A stretch of 64,000 nt of DNA from an uncultured Candidatus Rokubacteria bacterium (GTDB lineage Bacteria; Methylomirabilota; Methylomirabilia; Rokubacteriales; DASRDR01): contig CAVPSB010000018.1 in assembly GCA_963708025.1 (NCBI GenBank), positions 224,001 through 288,000 of the forward strand, written 5' to 3'. Below, in pieces: positions 48,911-59,327 of the stretch. Position 1 is the stretch's first letter; each line of letters starts with the position of its first letter. Under the pieces are notes generated by a model. That model was not told the DNA's origin, did not search any database, and saw only the letters and a program-made list of their open reading frames with translations. Both the position numbers and the translations under genes were made by a program.

Positions 48911-48986
48911 GGGCTCGCAACCCTCGGACTTCTCGCCACGCGGTCGTGGCGTTCCACTTCGAGCCGCGGCTTGCCGCGGCCTCCGC

Positions 48987-49025
48987 GGGGGGGTCTCGGG
49001 GGGGTCTTCCGAGACCCCCCGAAGA
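48987..49025. repeat. Family B short palindromic repeat
   Basis: GGGGGGTCTCGGGGGGGTCTTCCGAGACCCCCCGAAGA. Confidence 0.75.
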
Positions 49026-49027
49026 TT

Positions 49028-50626
49028 TCAGGCCTCACCGGGGCGCAAGGGTCGGAGCTCGCCCTCCACCGGCGCCAGCCCCCGGGTGCCCGCCGGACGG
49101 CGGGCGCGCCCGAGCGCGGTCACGAAGATCGCGTCCTTGCCCTGCGCATCGGGCGAGAAGAAGCGGACGACGTCGGCGTCGTAGAAGGTCAGTCCCGACG
49201 CGCCGAGGCCGAGGGCGTACGCGGCCAGGTACATCCGGCCCCCGAGAAGTCCGGCCACGAGGTTCACCGCGCGGTAGCCGCGGTCGCCGTAGCGGGCGAG
49301 CGCGGTGTCGAGGTCCGCGAGGAAGAAGACGACCGCGCTCGCGTCGGCCCCGATGGACTGCTCGAGGCAGAGATAGCCGCCCTCGCTCCGGAACTCGCCG
49401 GCCCGGAGCTGCCGCAGGCCCCGGCCGGCGGCGTCGTAGACGTAGGCTCCGGACGGCAGCCCGTCCACGGCGTGGACGAGGAGGTAGCACTCGACGAGGC
49501 GGCCGTCGGGGTCGGTGACGTCGAGCGGCAGCGGGCGGACGGCGGCGTCGAGGATCGTCGAGAGCTGGGAGAAGGCCACGGGCTCGCGGGCGAACTGCCG
49601 GGTCGACCCCCGCCGCAGGATGACCTGCCCCAGCGGGACCGCCGGTGGATCCGGGAGCGGCGCCAGGGGGTGTGAGACGGGCTCGCCGGGCGCATCCGGC
49701 GCCTTCCGCTCGGCCCCGGCCGCGACCCAGGCCGCCGCGGCGGCGGCGCTCGGCAAGGAGGAGGCGGCGTAGGCCTGCGACACCAGCGGGTAGTCCATCT
49801 CGCGGGAGGACAGCGGGACGGTCGTCAGGGCCAGCGGCTCGAGTGGCGGCGCCGGGGGGGGCGGCGGCGCGTCCCGGCCGAGCGTGACGAGGGCGAGCGC
49901 GGCCTCGTGATCCGCGTCGAGGCCGAGCAGTCGGTTCACGGGGGCGTCGGCGAAGCCGAGCTGGATCCGGGCGGGAACGTCCGCGGCTTCCGCAGTCGCG
50001 AGCAGGTTGGCGAGCAGCGTCCCCGAGTCCCAGAAGAAGTGGCGAAAGGCGCGGGCCTGGTACTTCCACGTGTTCCGCCAGTAGATGGCGGAGAGCACCA
50101 GGGTCGCCGGCGCGCCGGCGATCGCCTCCGGCGCGCCGGCGGCGCCGGCGAGCGCGGCGCGCCAGTCACCGGCCCGGAGCCGGCGCAGCGTGAAGTCCCC
50201 GGGACAGAAATGGTACACGCCCGGATCGAGGCCGGCCACGGCGCCGGCGACGACGTACATCTCCACCTCGTAGAGCGCGCCGGTGGAGGCCGCGGCCCGG
50301 AAGTGAATCGTCTCGCCGCCCGGATAGACCTTCTTCTTCGTCAGCCCCGCCGAGAAGAACAGGATCTGGGCCAGGGCTTCGAGGGAGAGCGGCCCTCCGC
50401 CGCCGGCCGCCACCCGCCCGAGCGCCTCCAGCGCCGCCAGCGCGGGCCCCGGCAGCTCGCGGGGGAGCGCCGTCGCCGGGGCGTCCGGGTAGAGCTTGAA
50501 CGGGAAGGGCTTGATCGCCCAGTCGAGGAAGTGGCCCCCGCTCCGGACGCTCTCGGGCGAGTGCCGGGTCGCCGCGTGGTACGCGCGGGCGCCGATCGTC
50601 CCCGCGCTCGCCGGGTCCCGGCGCAT
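49028..50626 (-). CDS. SagB/ThcOx family nitroreductase-like dehydrogenase (two domains)
   Basis: FRAAASTGALYEVE, WKYQARAFR, RRGSTRQF, YGDRGYR, GLTFYD. Confidence 0.9.
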   Translation of the reverse strand: MRRDPASAGTIGARAYHAATRHSPESVRSGGHFLDWAIKPFPFKLYPDAPATALPRELPGPALAALEALGRVAAGGGGPLSLEALAQILFFSAGLTKKKVYPGGETIHFRAAASTGALYEVEMYVVAGAVAGLDPGVYHFCPGDFTLRRLRAGDWRAALAGAAGAPEAIAGAPATLVLSAIYWRNTWKYQARAFRHFFWDSGTLLANLLATAEAADVPARIQLGFADAPVNRLLGLDADHEAALALVTLGRDAPPPPPAPPLEPLALTTVPLSSREMDYPLVSQAYAASSLPSAAAAAAWVAAGAERKAPDAPGEPVSHPLAPLPDPPAVPLGQVILRRGSTRQFAREPVAFSQLSTILDAAVRPLPLDVTDPDGRLVECYLLVHAVDGLPSGAYVYDAAGRGLRQLRAGEFRSEGGYLCLEQSIGADASAVVFFLADLDTALARYGDRGYRAVNLVAGLLGGRMYLAAYALGLGASGLTFYDADVVRFFSPDAQGKDAIFVTALGRARRPAGTRGLAPVEGELRPLRPGEA

Positions 50627-50889
50627 CAGCGCCGGGGTCGCCGCTGGCGCTCGGGGGGCGGTGGCGGCTGGCGCCGGGCCGCGGCCGCCGCCGCCTGCGA
50701 CGTCTGGCGGAACGCGGTCGCGTCGTTGTCGGTCTTGCCGCCGACCTGGCTTCCGCACTGCTGGCAGACGTAGTCGTACTTGTTCCCCGTCGGCAGGACG
50801 AGGAGGAGCTTCTTGCGGACCTCGACCGCCCGGCGGCAGCGCGGGCAGAAGAGGCTGCTGGCTTCGAACTCACGATACGCGTCGCGCAT
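50626..50889 (-). CDS. Small Zn-ribbon protein
   Basis: CPRC..LLLVLP..YVCQQCG; TGATG coupling to SagB-like gene. Confidence 0.78.
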   Translation of the reverse strand: MRDAYREFEASSLFCPRCRRAVEVRKKLLLVLPTGNKYDYVCQQCGSQVGGKTDNDATAFRQTSQAAAAAARRQPPPPPERQRRPRR

Positions 50890-51104
50890 GGTCGAGCCTT
50901 TCCGTCTAGGGTAGCCGCCTACCGATTGAGGGGTGGCACAAAGCCCGTCAGGTCGCCGTTAGGTCTATACTACACGGACCAGACCGAGAACCGCTCACCG
51001 GAGGGCCCGGATGACTCCACTGCCGAACGATCGCGACACGAAGCTCGTCGCCGGCAAAAAGCCCAGCCAGATCATCGAGATCGGGAAGACCGGTTAGAAG
51101 CGCC

Positions 51105-52020
51105 ATGGCCACGCACTCGACGGAGGCCCTGCAGCAGCGGTTCGGCATCCCGGACGTCGTGCGGTTCGAGGACGGTCCGAACGGGCTCGTCCGGGTCCGC
51201 GTCACAGCGCCCGCCGCCGAAGCCGAGATCTATCTCCATGGGGGCCACGTGACCCACTACCAGCCGCGGGGCGGCCGGCCGGTCCTCTTCGTGAGCGCCC
51301 GCAGCCGGTACGACGCGAAGTCGGCCATCCGCGGCGGCGTGCCCGTCATCTTCCCCTGGTTCGGCGCCAAGGCTGACGATCCCGCGGCGCCGCAGCACGG
51401 CTTCGTCCGCGCCACGGCCTGGGACGTCGAGTCGGTCGAGCGGGTGGCCCCGGACGCGGTGACCCTCGTGCTCCGGCTGGACGCGAGCGATGCCACCCGG
51501 GCCGTGTGGCCGCACCGCTTCGTCCTGCGCCACCGCATCGGCATCGGGGCGGCGCTCGACCTCGCCCTCGAGGTCGACAACGGCTCGGCGGAGCCCATCG
51601 CCTTCGAGGAGGCGCTCCACACCTACCTGGCGGTCGGCGACGTGCGGGAGGCGTCGGTGACCGGGCTGGCCGGCACGACGTACATCGACAAGACCGACGG
51701 CATGACGCGGAAGCGCCGGGGCCCGGAGCCTCTCCGCCTGGCCGGCGAGACCGACAGCGTCTACGTGTTCAACGCGGGCCACCTGCGTGGTCGACGACCC
51801 GGTCGGACGCCGGCGCCTGGTCGTGGAGAAAGAGGGATCCGATACCACGGTCGTGTGGAATCCGTGGGCCACGAAGGCCAGGACCCTCAGCGACCTCGGC
51901 GCCGACGAGTGGCCGGGGCTGCTCTGCATCGAGACCGCGAACGCCGCCGACAACCGGGTCACCCTGGCCCCCGGCGGGCGCCACCGCATGCGCGCCACCA
52001 TCCGGACCGAGCCCCGCTGA
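51105..52020 (+). CDS. D-hexose-6-phosphate mutarotase (aldose epimerase family), one frameshift near 51775
   Basis: IRGGVPVIFPWFG, HGF, ALHTY in one frame; VVWNPW, CIETAN in another. Confidence 0.88.
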
Positions 52021-52209
52021 GGGCGGGGCCGATGAGCGTCGCAACGTCCATCTCGGTCGAGACGCGCTCGGCCTACGGCCTCGCGTCCGTCCCGACCTAA
52101 AGGTCGTCCTCGGTCGTCGCCGATCCTCGGCGTACTCGCGGTCGGCGACTCCCTGCGTCCTTCGGACGGCCTTCGGCCTGTGGGCGCTGCTCGCTCCTCG
52201 GCCCCGCCC
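52021..52209 (+). repeat. Family A repeat, copy 6 (inner hairpin partly deleted, one X module)
   Basis: Ends GGGCGGGGCCGA / TCGGCCCCGCCC. Confidence 0.88.
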
Positions 52210-52292
52210 CCAGCGTGTCTTGTCTGGTCTCGCTATGGCGTAACGTCGTGGCCGACGCAGGCGTGTACGGGCGCGATCGGAAGCTGCCCGCC

Positions 52293-53246
52293 CTACTTCG
52301 GCGCGAGGGCCAGCATCCTGAGCGGCGACCCCGAGGCGCCCCGGATCCGGAGCGGCGGCACCACCAGGCAGAAGAGATTGACCCCGGCCGCGCCCAGGTC
52401 CTCGAGATTCGCGTTCTCGACCAGGTAGACGCCGTTGTCGGCGATCAGGAGCATGTGGACCGGGAACAGCTCCGGGCCGTTCACGGCCGGCCGTACCTCG
52501 TAGGTCGCGGTGTCGGTGCCCGTCAGCCGCACACCCTGGGCGGCGAGCCAGCGGGCCGCGTCGACGCCGGGCCCCGGCGACTTCTCGCCGAGATAGAGGG
52601 CGTTGTCCTTGCCGAAGTACTGACCCCAGCCGGTCCGGATCAGGACCGAGTCGCCGCGGCGGACCTGCACGCCGTGAGCCCGAGCCGCATCCTGGAGGTG
52701 CTGCGCGGTGATCACGAAGCCCGGCGCCAGCGGGTCCGGCCGCCCGCCCCCCGCGACGCGGGCCACGTCCAGGAGGATGCCCCGCGAGAGCAGGAGGTCC
52801 GCCGGGAAGGCCTCGATCCCGAGGTCGTTCCCGATGCCGTCCGGCCGCGCGGTGGCGGCCACGGCGTCCACCCCGCCGTGCAGCTTCAAGTTCCGGCCGA
52901 TGTGGCCGATGGCGTCGATCGTCGGCGCCCCGTGCTGCCCGGAGAAGTAGAGGATCTCCGATGTCCAGGAGACCTGGCTGCCGGGCGCCGAGCCGTACAC
53001 CTCGTGCGTCTGCCGGTGCGTGGCGTTGAGCGCGAAGGCGTACGGCGGGTTGAGGGACAGGACCGGCGAGCGGGAGTCCCACACGAAGCCCAGATCGAAG
53101 ACCCGGGCCGCGCGCACGCCGGTGATGAAGGTTTCGACACTCGCGGTATCGGCCGCGGCCGCCGGCGTGGCGGTCAGGGCGGAAGCGGCCACGACCGAGG
53201 CGGCGGCGGCGATGAAGTCGCGGCGGGACACGTCATCGGGCGTCAT
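52293..53246 (-). CDS. Cyclase (kynurenine formamidase-like) family protein with Tat signal
   Basis: SRRDFI twin-arginine, HGAPTIDAIGH, LIRTG, GTDT, ENANL, GASGSPLR. Confidence 0.88.
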   Translation of the reverse strand: MTPDDVSRRDFIAAAASVVAASALTATPAAAADTASVETFITGVRAARVFDLGFVWDSRSPVLSLNPPYAFALNATHRQTHEVYGSAPGSQVSWTSEILYFSGQHGAPTIDAIGHIGRNLKLHGGVDAVAATARPDGIGNDLGIEAFPADLLLSRGILLDVARVAGGGRPDPLAPGFVITAQHLQDAARAHGVQVRRGDSVLIRTGWGQYFGKDNALYLGEKSPGPGVDAARWLAAQGVRLTGTDTATYEVRPAVNGPELFPVHMLLIADNGVYLVENANLEDLGAAGVNLFCLVVPPLRIRGASGSPLRMLALAPK

Positions 53247-53281
53247 GACTTTCCTCCCTGAACGGCCCGGGTCCGGGCCCG

Positions 53282-53923
53282 CTACTGGGTGGTTCCGGTC
53301 CGGGGCATGGTCCGCGGCTCGGCCGGCGGGAGCGACGAGGACAGGCGCTGGGCCAGGATCCCCACCAGGAGGAGGATCGCCAGGAGCACGAGGGCGACGA
53401 CGGCGATCCGTCTCCGGGGGTTCCTGGCGTCCGGCTGGCCGGCCTTCCGGACCGGTCGCTCCGTGAGGAGCATCTCGGCCGGGCTGGCGGGATGGAGCCG
53501 CCACAGCGCCGGGTGAGCCCCGAGCGCCTGGATCCGCTGGCGGGCGGCCTCCGCTTCCTCGTGGGTGAGGGCGAGAAACGTCGCGAACTCGCCCTGGGTC
53601 AGCCCCGCCTGCACCTCGGACAGCGGGTGGGCCGGCGCCACCTCGCACAACCAGCGGGCCACCCGGTACCGGAGCCGCTCGTCGGCGAGCGCCTTGAAGG
53701 CGAGGGTGTAGGGTTGCTTGGTGCCGGACAGCGGGGCCACGCTCGGCGCGGCCTTCGGTCCGGCAGCGGCGGCGGGCTTGGCGCCGGCCGCCGCGCGTGC
53801 CTGGGCGGCCGTTCCGCCGCCGTTCAGGGGCGCCCGCTCGGCCGGCACCCGGAGGCGCGCGCCGCAGCGCAGGCAGAACAGGCTCTCGTCAGGAACGTTG
53901 GCCTGGCACTTCGGGCAAGTCAC
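53282..53923 (-). CDS. Zn-ribbon domain membrane protein
   Basis: GGAGGAGG RBS, CPKC..FCLRCG, C-terminal TM. Confidence 0.75.
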   Translation of the reverse strand: MTCPKCQANVPDESLFCLRCGARLRVPAERAPLNGGGTAAQARAAAGAKPAAAAGPKAAPSVAPLSGTKQPYTLAFKALADERLRYRVARWLCEVAPAHPLSEVQAGLTQGEFATFLALTHEEAEAARQRIQALGAHPALWRLHPASPAEMLLTERPVRKAGQPDARNPRRRIAVVALVLLAILLLVGILAQRLSSSLPPAEPRTMPRTGTTQ

Positions 53924-53955
53924 GTGGCCCCCTCCTCCCGACCGGCCGCGCCGCG

Positions 53956-55302
53956 CTAGAGCCGCGCCTCGACGGCGCCGATCGCGTCGTCCAGCATCGA
54001 CACCAGCTCGTCGGCCTGGGCGCGGGTGAGCACCAGGGGCGGCGTGAACTTCATGTGATCGCCCATCACGCCGTCCACCGAGCCGGTGCCGGGATAGGTC
54101 ACCAGGCCCCGGTCGAGCGCCTCCAGCGCGATCGCGCGCGCCACCTCGCGGTCGGGCGGGAACGGCGCCCGGCTCTTCCGGTCGGCCACGAACTCCAGCC
54201 CCACCATCATCCCGAGCCCCCGGACGTCGCCGACGATCGGGTGCTTCGCCATGAGGCCGTGGAGCCCGGCCAGCAGGTGGGCGCCGACCTCGCGCGCGTT
54301 GCGGACCAGGTCGTGCTCCTCGATGTAGCGGAGGACGGCCAGGCCGACGGCGGCCGCCACCGGGTGGCCGCTGTAGGTGTGGCCACCCACGAAGTTCGAG
54401 TTGTTGCGCTCGAAGGCCGCGATGAGCTCGTCGCGCACGATGACGGCGCCCAGCGGGACGTAGCCGCCCGAGATGCCCTTGGCGGTGGCGATCATGTCGG
54501 GCACCACGTTCCAGTGGTTCATCGCGAAGTTGGCCCCGGTCCGCCCGAAGCCGGTCATGACCTCGTCGGCGATGAACAGGACGTCGTTGCGGTCGCAGAT
54601 CTCCCGGATCTTCGGGAAGTACTCGGGCACCGGGGGCACCGCGCCCAGCGTGGCGCCGACGACCGGCTCCGCGATGAAGGCGGCGACGTTCTCGGGCCCC
54701 TGCATCCGGATGAGCCGCTCCAGGTAGTCGGCGCAGTACGTGTCGCACGACGGGTAGGTCTGCTTGAAGTGGCAGCGGTAGCAGTACATCGGGGGCAGGT
54801 GGCTCGACTCCTGGAGCATCGGGACGTATTTCCGGCGGCGGATCGTGTGGCCGCCGAAGCCGAGCGAGCCGAAGAGGTTCCCGTGGAAGGACTGCCAGCG
54901 GCCGATCACGATCGACTTCGACGGCTTGCCGCGCTCCAGCCAGTACTGGCGGGCCAGCTTGGCCGCGTTCTCGGTCGCCTCCGAGCCGCCGGAGACGAAC
55001 CAGACCTTGTTGAGGTCGCCCGGCGCGAACTTGGCCACCGCCTCGGCCAGCGCCGGCAGCGGCTCGCTGGTGAAGAGGTGCATGGGGACGAAGGCCACCT
55101 TGCGGGCCTGGGCGGCCATGGCGTCGGCGATCTCCTGGACCCCGTGGCCGATCGAGGTGACGGCCGACGCGCCCCCGGAGCCGTCCAGGTAGCGCTTGCC
55201 GTCCCGGTCCCAGAGGTAGACGCCCTCCCCGCGCACGATGACCGGGTATTCCCGCTTGAGATCGCGGTAGAGGACGCTCGACTGGATGACCTGCTTGCTC
55301 AT
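53956..55302 (-). CDS. Class III aminotransferase
   Basis: GSEATE, FIAEPVVG, IADEVMTGFGRTG, AKG, GHTYSGHP, DVRGLG. Confidence 0.94.
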   Translation of the reverse strand: MSKQVIQSSVLYRDLKREYPVIVRGEGVYLWDRDGKRYLDGSGGASAVTSIGHGVQEIADAMAAQARKVAFVPMHLFTSEPLPALAEAVAKFAPGDLNKVWFVSGGSEATENAAKLARQYWLERGKPSKSIVIGRWQSFHGNLFGSLGFGGHTIRRRKYVPMLQESSHLPPMYCYRCHFKQTYPSCDTYCADYLERLIRMQGPENVAAFIAEPVVGATLGAVPPVPEYFPKIREICDRNDVLFIADEVMTGFGRTGANFAMNHWNVVPDMIATAKGISGGYVPLGAVIVRDELIAAFERNNSNFVGGHTYSGHPVAAAVGLAVLRYIEEHDLVRNAREVGAHLLAGLHGLMAKHPIVGDVRGLGMMVGLEFVADRKSRAPFPPDREVARAIALEALDRGLVTYPGTGSVDGVMGDHMKFTPPLVLTRAQADELVSMLDDAIGAVEARL

Positions 55303-55583
55303 GTCGCCCCCTGGGCTCGGAGGAACGGTCCGCGCCGGCCCCTTTGCCGGTAGCGGGTAGAATACGGCCGCCGACCCGGCAAAATCAAATCGGCAGACGG
55401 GCCCGGCTGGGTCCCGCCGGCGGGCGGGGTCGCTCGAGACCGGGTCGCCACCCCGTCTGAGGGCGCTCGGCTTTCCACGCACCGCCCGGCCCGGTTCCGC
55501 TTCGTGGCCATCGCCCGCTCGGGATAGAATCCCCCATACGCCATGCGCGCGAGGGATCCAGCTCAACTGGCCGTGTGACCACC

Positions 55584-56102
55584 ATGGTGCAGGGCTTTCG
55601 GCTGGCCCGGATGTCCCCACTGATCCTGGGCCTCACCCTGGTGGCGCTGGCTGTGCCAGCCGTGTTCTTCGTCATCGTGATCGCCGGGGGCCGTCTGTTG
55701 CTGGTTCCGGCTCTACTGGTCGTCGCCATCTACGGCTGGGTGTGGCTTCGATTTCGGCCGACCCGGTTCGTCGTGCATCCGGATGTCCTCGAGGTGATCT
55801 GGCCGCTCAAGCGTCGGCAGCTACGCCGGGAGGACATGTCGGATGTCCGACGCATCGACAAGCAAGAGCTCCGGCGTGACGCCGGGTGGTGCCTGCGGGT
55901 CGGGGCGGGCGGACTCTGGGGCGGCTTCGGCTGGCTGTGGACCCAGCGGCGAGGGATCGTGCAGATGTACATCTCGCGCACCGACGGCTTCGTGTGGATC
56001 GAGCGGGTCGGCGACCGGCCGTGGCTGATCACGCCCGAACAGCCCGAGGCCTTTGTGCGCGCCCTGTCGCCCCCCGGACGACCGGTGGGCCCTCTCCGAT
56101 GA
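55584..56102 (+). CDS. Bacterial PH-domain membrane protein
   Basis: Two TMs, RVGAGGLWGGFG, LITPEQPEAF. Confidence 0.72.
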   Translation: MVQGFRLARMSPLILGLTLVALAVPAVFFVIVIAGGRLLLVPALLVVAIYGWVWLRFRPTRFVVHPDVLEVIWPLKRRQLRREDMSDVRRIDKQELRRDAGWCLRVGAGGLWGGFGWLWTQRRGIVQMYISRTDGFVWIERVGDRPWLITPEQPEAFVRALSPPGRPVGPLR

Positions 56103-56103
56103 T

Positions 56104-56826
56104 CTACAGGATCTTGGACAGGAAGGCCTGCAGCCGGGGGTTGCGGGGGCGGTCGAACAGCTCCTGGGCCGTCCCTTCCTCGACGATCCGCCCCTCGTCC
56201 ATGAACACGACCCGGTGGGCGACCTCGCGGGCGAAGCCCATCTCGTGGGTGACGATGATCATCGTCATCCCCTCCCGCGCGAGCTGCTTCATGGCGTCGA
56301 GCACCTCCCGGACCAGCTCGGGGTCGAGGGCCGAGGTCACCTCGTCGAACAGCATGAGCTTGGGTTGCATCGCCAGCGCCCGCGCGATGGCCACCCGCTG
56401 CTGCTGGCCGCCGGAGAGCTGGGCCGGGTAGACGTCCACCTTCTCGGCGAGCCCGACCTTCGCCAGGAGCGCCAGCGCCTGCTGGCGGGCCTCGGCCTCC
56501 GGCCGCTTGCGGACCACGACCGGCGCCAGCATCACGTTCCGGAGCGCCGTCAGGTGGGGGAAGAGGTTGAACGACTGGAACACCAGGCCGACCTCGGCCC
56601 GGACCTGGCGGATGTTGGTCCGGTGGTGGTCGAGGCGGACGCCGTCGATCCAGATCTCGCCCGACTGGACGGGCTCGAGGAAGTTCAGGCACCGGAGCAA
56701 CGTGCTCTTGCCGGAGCCGCTCGGCCCGATCACGACGACCACCTCGCCCCGGGCAACCTCCAGGCTCACGTCGTCGAGGACGTGCAGGCGGCCGAAGTAC
56801 TTGTGGATGTGGCCGACCTTAACCAA
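56104..56826 (-). CDS. Polar amino acid ABC ATP-binding protein (GlnQ-like)
   Basis: [35 protein letters not shown]. Confidence 0.95.
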   Translation of the reverse strand: MVKVGHIHKYFGRLHVLDDVSLEVARGEVVVVIGPSGSGKSTLLRCLNFLEPVQSGEIWIDGVRLDHHRTNIRQVRAEVGLVFQSFNLFPHLTALRNVMLAPVVVRKRPEAEARQQALALLAKVGLAEKVDVYPAQLSGGQQQRVAIARALAMQPKLMLFDEVTSALDPELVREVLDAMKQLAREGMTMIIVTHEMGFAREVAHRVVFMDEGRIVEEGTAQELFDRPRNPRLQAFLSKIL

Positions 56827-57490
56827 CCCGGAGCCTCCGCTCGGAGTAGCGCGCCAGGCGGGACAGAGGATAGCAGATCGCGAAGTAGAGCGCGGCCACG
56901 ATGCCGAAGACCTGGAAGGACAGGAACGTCTTCTCCATGAGGATCTGGCCGGCCCGCGTCAGCTCGACGTAGCTCAGCACCGACACGATCGAGGAGTCCT
57001 TGACGAGCCCGATCGCCAGCCCCACCGCGGGCGGGATCATGACCCGGACCGCCTGGGGGAGGACGACCCACCGCATGATCTCGAGGTAGCCGAGGCCGAG
57101 GGCCCGGGCCCCGTCCCACTGGTCCTTGCCGACCGACTGGACCCCGGCCCGGACGATCTCGGCCATGAAGGCGCTCCCGTTAACGACCAGCGCGGCGACG
57201 CCGGCCCAGAAGACCGGCACCTCCACCTTCAGCAGGATCGGCAGCGCGAAGAAGATGAGGTAGAGCTGCAGGAGGAGCGGCGAGTCGCGGATCACCTCGA
57301 TGTAGGCGGCGGCCGGCATCCACAGCCACCGGCTGCGGGCAGCCCGGCAGAGACCGACCACGAGGGCGATCAGGGTGCCGAGGGCCAGGCCGAGCGCGCA
57401 CAGCCGGAGCGTGTTGCCGAGTCCCTGCAGGAGCAGGAGCGCGTCCCACAGGTTGAGCTGGTCCTGGACGAACTTGGGGACCACGCCCAC
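56819..57490 (-). CDS. Polar amino acid ABC permease
   Basis: [21 protein letters not shown]. Confidence 0.92.
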   Translation of the reverse strand: MGVVPKFVQDQLNLWDALLLLQGLGNTLRLCALGLALGTLIALVVGLCRAARSRWLWMPAAAYIEVIRDSPLLLQLYLIFFALPILLKVEVPVFWAGVAALVVNGSAFMAEIVRAGVQSVGKDQWDGARALGLGYLEIMRWVVLPQAVRVMIPPAVGLAIGLVKDSSIVSVLSYVELTRAGQILMEKTFLSFQVFGIVAALYFAICYPLSRLARYSERRLRVG

Positions 57491-57494
57491 CCGC

Positions 57495-58160
57495 TCAGGC
57501 CTGGCGGAAGGCCCGCCGGCCGATCAGCTTCAGCGCCGCCGAGATGGTCAGGGTCATCACCACGTACATCGCCGCGACTACCAGGTACGTCTCGAACGAG
57601 CGGAACGTCCGGGAGATCAGCATCTTACCCTTGAGCGCCAGGTCCTCGACCGCGATCACCGAGACGAGGGACGAGAACAGGATGATGCCGATGAACTGGT
57701 TGCAGAGCGGCGGGTAGATGACCCGGAACGCCTGCGGGAATACCACGTGGCGCATGAGCTGGGGATAGCTGAGACCGAGCGACAGCCCGGCGTGGTACTG
57801 GCCGCGCGGGATGGCCTCGATCCCCGCCCGGATGATCTCGGTGAGGTAGGCCCCGTTGTTCAGGACCAGCCCGATCAGCGCGGCCGAGTAGTTGGGGACG
57901 TCGATGTTGACCTGCCCGAGCCCGAAGTAGATGAAGAAGAGCTGGACGAGAAGCGGCGTGTTGCGGACGGTCTCGACGTACCACGTCGCCAGCGCGCGGA
58001 TCCAGCGGATGCCGGACAGCCGGCAGAGGGCGCCGATGGTGCCGACGACCAGGCTGAAAAGGAGCGTCAGGAGCGAGAGGTGGATCGTCGTCAGCGCGCC
58101 CTCCAGGAGCGTCGGGAACTCCTGGAAGACGAGCCGGAACTGGAAGACGTAGCCGGGCAC
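57495..58160 (-). CDS. Polar amino acid ABC permease
   Basis: RNTPLLVQL, EIIRAGIEAIPRGQ, FRSFE. Confidence 0.92.
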   Translation of the reverse strand: MPGYVFQFRLVFQEFPTLLEGALTTIHLSLLTLLFSLVVGTIGALCRLSGIRWIRALATWYVETVRNTPLLVQLFFIYFGLGQVNIDVPNYSAALIGLVLNNGAYLTEIIRAGIEAIPRGQYHAGLSLGLSYPQLMRHVVFPQAFRVIYPPLCNQFIGIILFSSLVSVIAVEDLALKGKMLISRTFRSFETYLVVAAMYVVMTLTISAALKLIGRRAFRQA

Positions 58161-58200
58161 GCGGGGACGGGAGGCTCAGGCGCGCGGCGCCCGGGGTGGT

Positions 58201-59022
58201 CTACCAGCTAGGAGAGACCCTCGCGGGCTCGGCGTTGAACCACTTCTTGTACAGCTCCTTCATCTTGCCGCTCTGGTGGAGCTTGTAGATGTAGAAGTTC
58301 AGGAAGCTGAGCCACTCCTGGTCGTTCTTCCGGACGCCGAAGGCATAGGGATTCAGGTCGAACGGCTTCTCGATGAACCCCAGGCTCTTCTTGGGGTCCC
58401 GCCCGGCGTGGTAGACCGTGTACGTGTAGTCCTCGATCTGCGCGTCGGCCTTTCCCTGCTGGACCGCCAGCAGCGCCGCCGACGCCTGGTCGAAGCGCAG
58501 TATCTGTGCCTTCGGGGCCTTCTGGCTGACCAGGATCTCGCCGGTCGAGCCCGTGGTGACCGCGACCTTCTTCCCGTTCAGGTCCGGCCAGTCCTTGATC
58601 TTGGCTTCCTTCCGGAAGATGACGCCGAAGCCGTCGATGACGTAGGGCTCGGTGAAGGTGATCGTCTTGGAGCGCTCGACGGTCGCGGTGAAGTTCGAGA
58701 TGGCCACGTCGATCTTGCCGGCCACCAGGAAGTTGATCCGGTCGGGCGCCGTCGGCACCGCGACCAGCGTCAGCTTGACCTTCATCTGCTCGGCGAGGTC
58801 CTTGGCGATGTCCACGTCCATGCCGACGATGTTGTTCTGGGCGTCGCGGAAGCCCCAGGGTGGGAAGAAGTCGAAGGTGCCGACGATCAGCTCGCCGCGC
58901 TTGATGACCGCCTGCAGCGTGTCCTGTGGTGCCGCCTGCTGCGCCGGCGCGGTGTGCGGCCACAGCGCGAGGCCGAGCAGGGCCAGGAGAATCCCGCCTG
59001 CCGCGATCCGTCTGGTCCCCAT
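58201..59022 (-). CDS. Polar amino acid ABC substrate-binding protein
   Basis: Signal peptide, RGELIVG, GMDVDIA, GKIDV, LYKKWF. Confidence 0.92.
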   Translation of the reverse strand: MGTRRIAAGGILLALLGLALWPHTAPAQQAAPQDTLQAVIKRGELIVGTFDFFPPWGFRDAQNNIVGMDVDIAKDLAEQMKVKLTLVAVPTAPDRINFLVAGKIDVAISNFTATVERSKTITFTEPYVIDGFGVIFRKEAKIKDWPDLNGKKVAVTTGSTGEILVSQKAPKAQILRFDQASAALLAVQQGKADAQIEDYTYTVYHAGRDPKKSLGFIEKPFDLNPYAFGVRKNDQEWLSFLNFYIYKLHQSGKMKELYKKWFNAEPARVSPSW

Positions 59023-59126
59023 ACCGCCCCCTTTTGCGATGCATCGACGTCGGGAATCGCCCCGACACGCGCCCGCGCGTCCGCGGGACGCCAGATTCAA
59101 GCATGCGGCTCGGACTGTGTCAACCG

Positions 59127-59174
59127 GAGGCAGCGACACCGAGGCAGGCAACACCGAGGCAGGCGACACCGAGG
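59127..59174. repeat. Three-copy 15-bp tandem repeat
   Basis: GAGGCAGCGACACC-GAGGCAGGCAACACC-GAGGCAGGCGACACC-GAGG. Confidence 0.7.
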
Positions 59175-59263
59175 TGGGAATACTGTGGTCGGGAGACCGG
59201 GGCCCAGGCTCGTCGGCCGGGCGCCGGCGCCGGACGTTGCCGAGGAAGTGCCGGTGGACGGTG

Positions 59264-59306
59264 AAAACAGACGGGAGGGTGCCGGGTGGTCCCCCGGCAC
59301 CCTCCC
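59264..59306 (-). terminator. Rho-independent terminator of pilin gene
   Basis: GGGAGGGTGCCGGG/CCCGGCACCCTCCC 14-bp stem followed on minus strand by GTCTGTTTT. Confidence 0.7.
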
Positions 59307-59327
59307 AGTGAGGCGAAAGGAGTGCGC

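Noticed and set aside
49028-50889. RiPP (azole-peptide) cluster
   Set aside because: No YcaO, precursor peptide, protease or exporter nearby.
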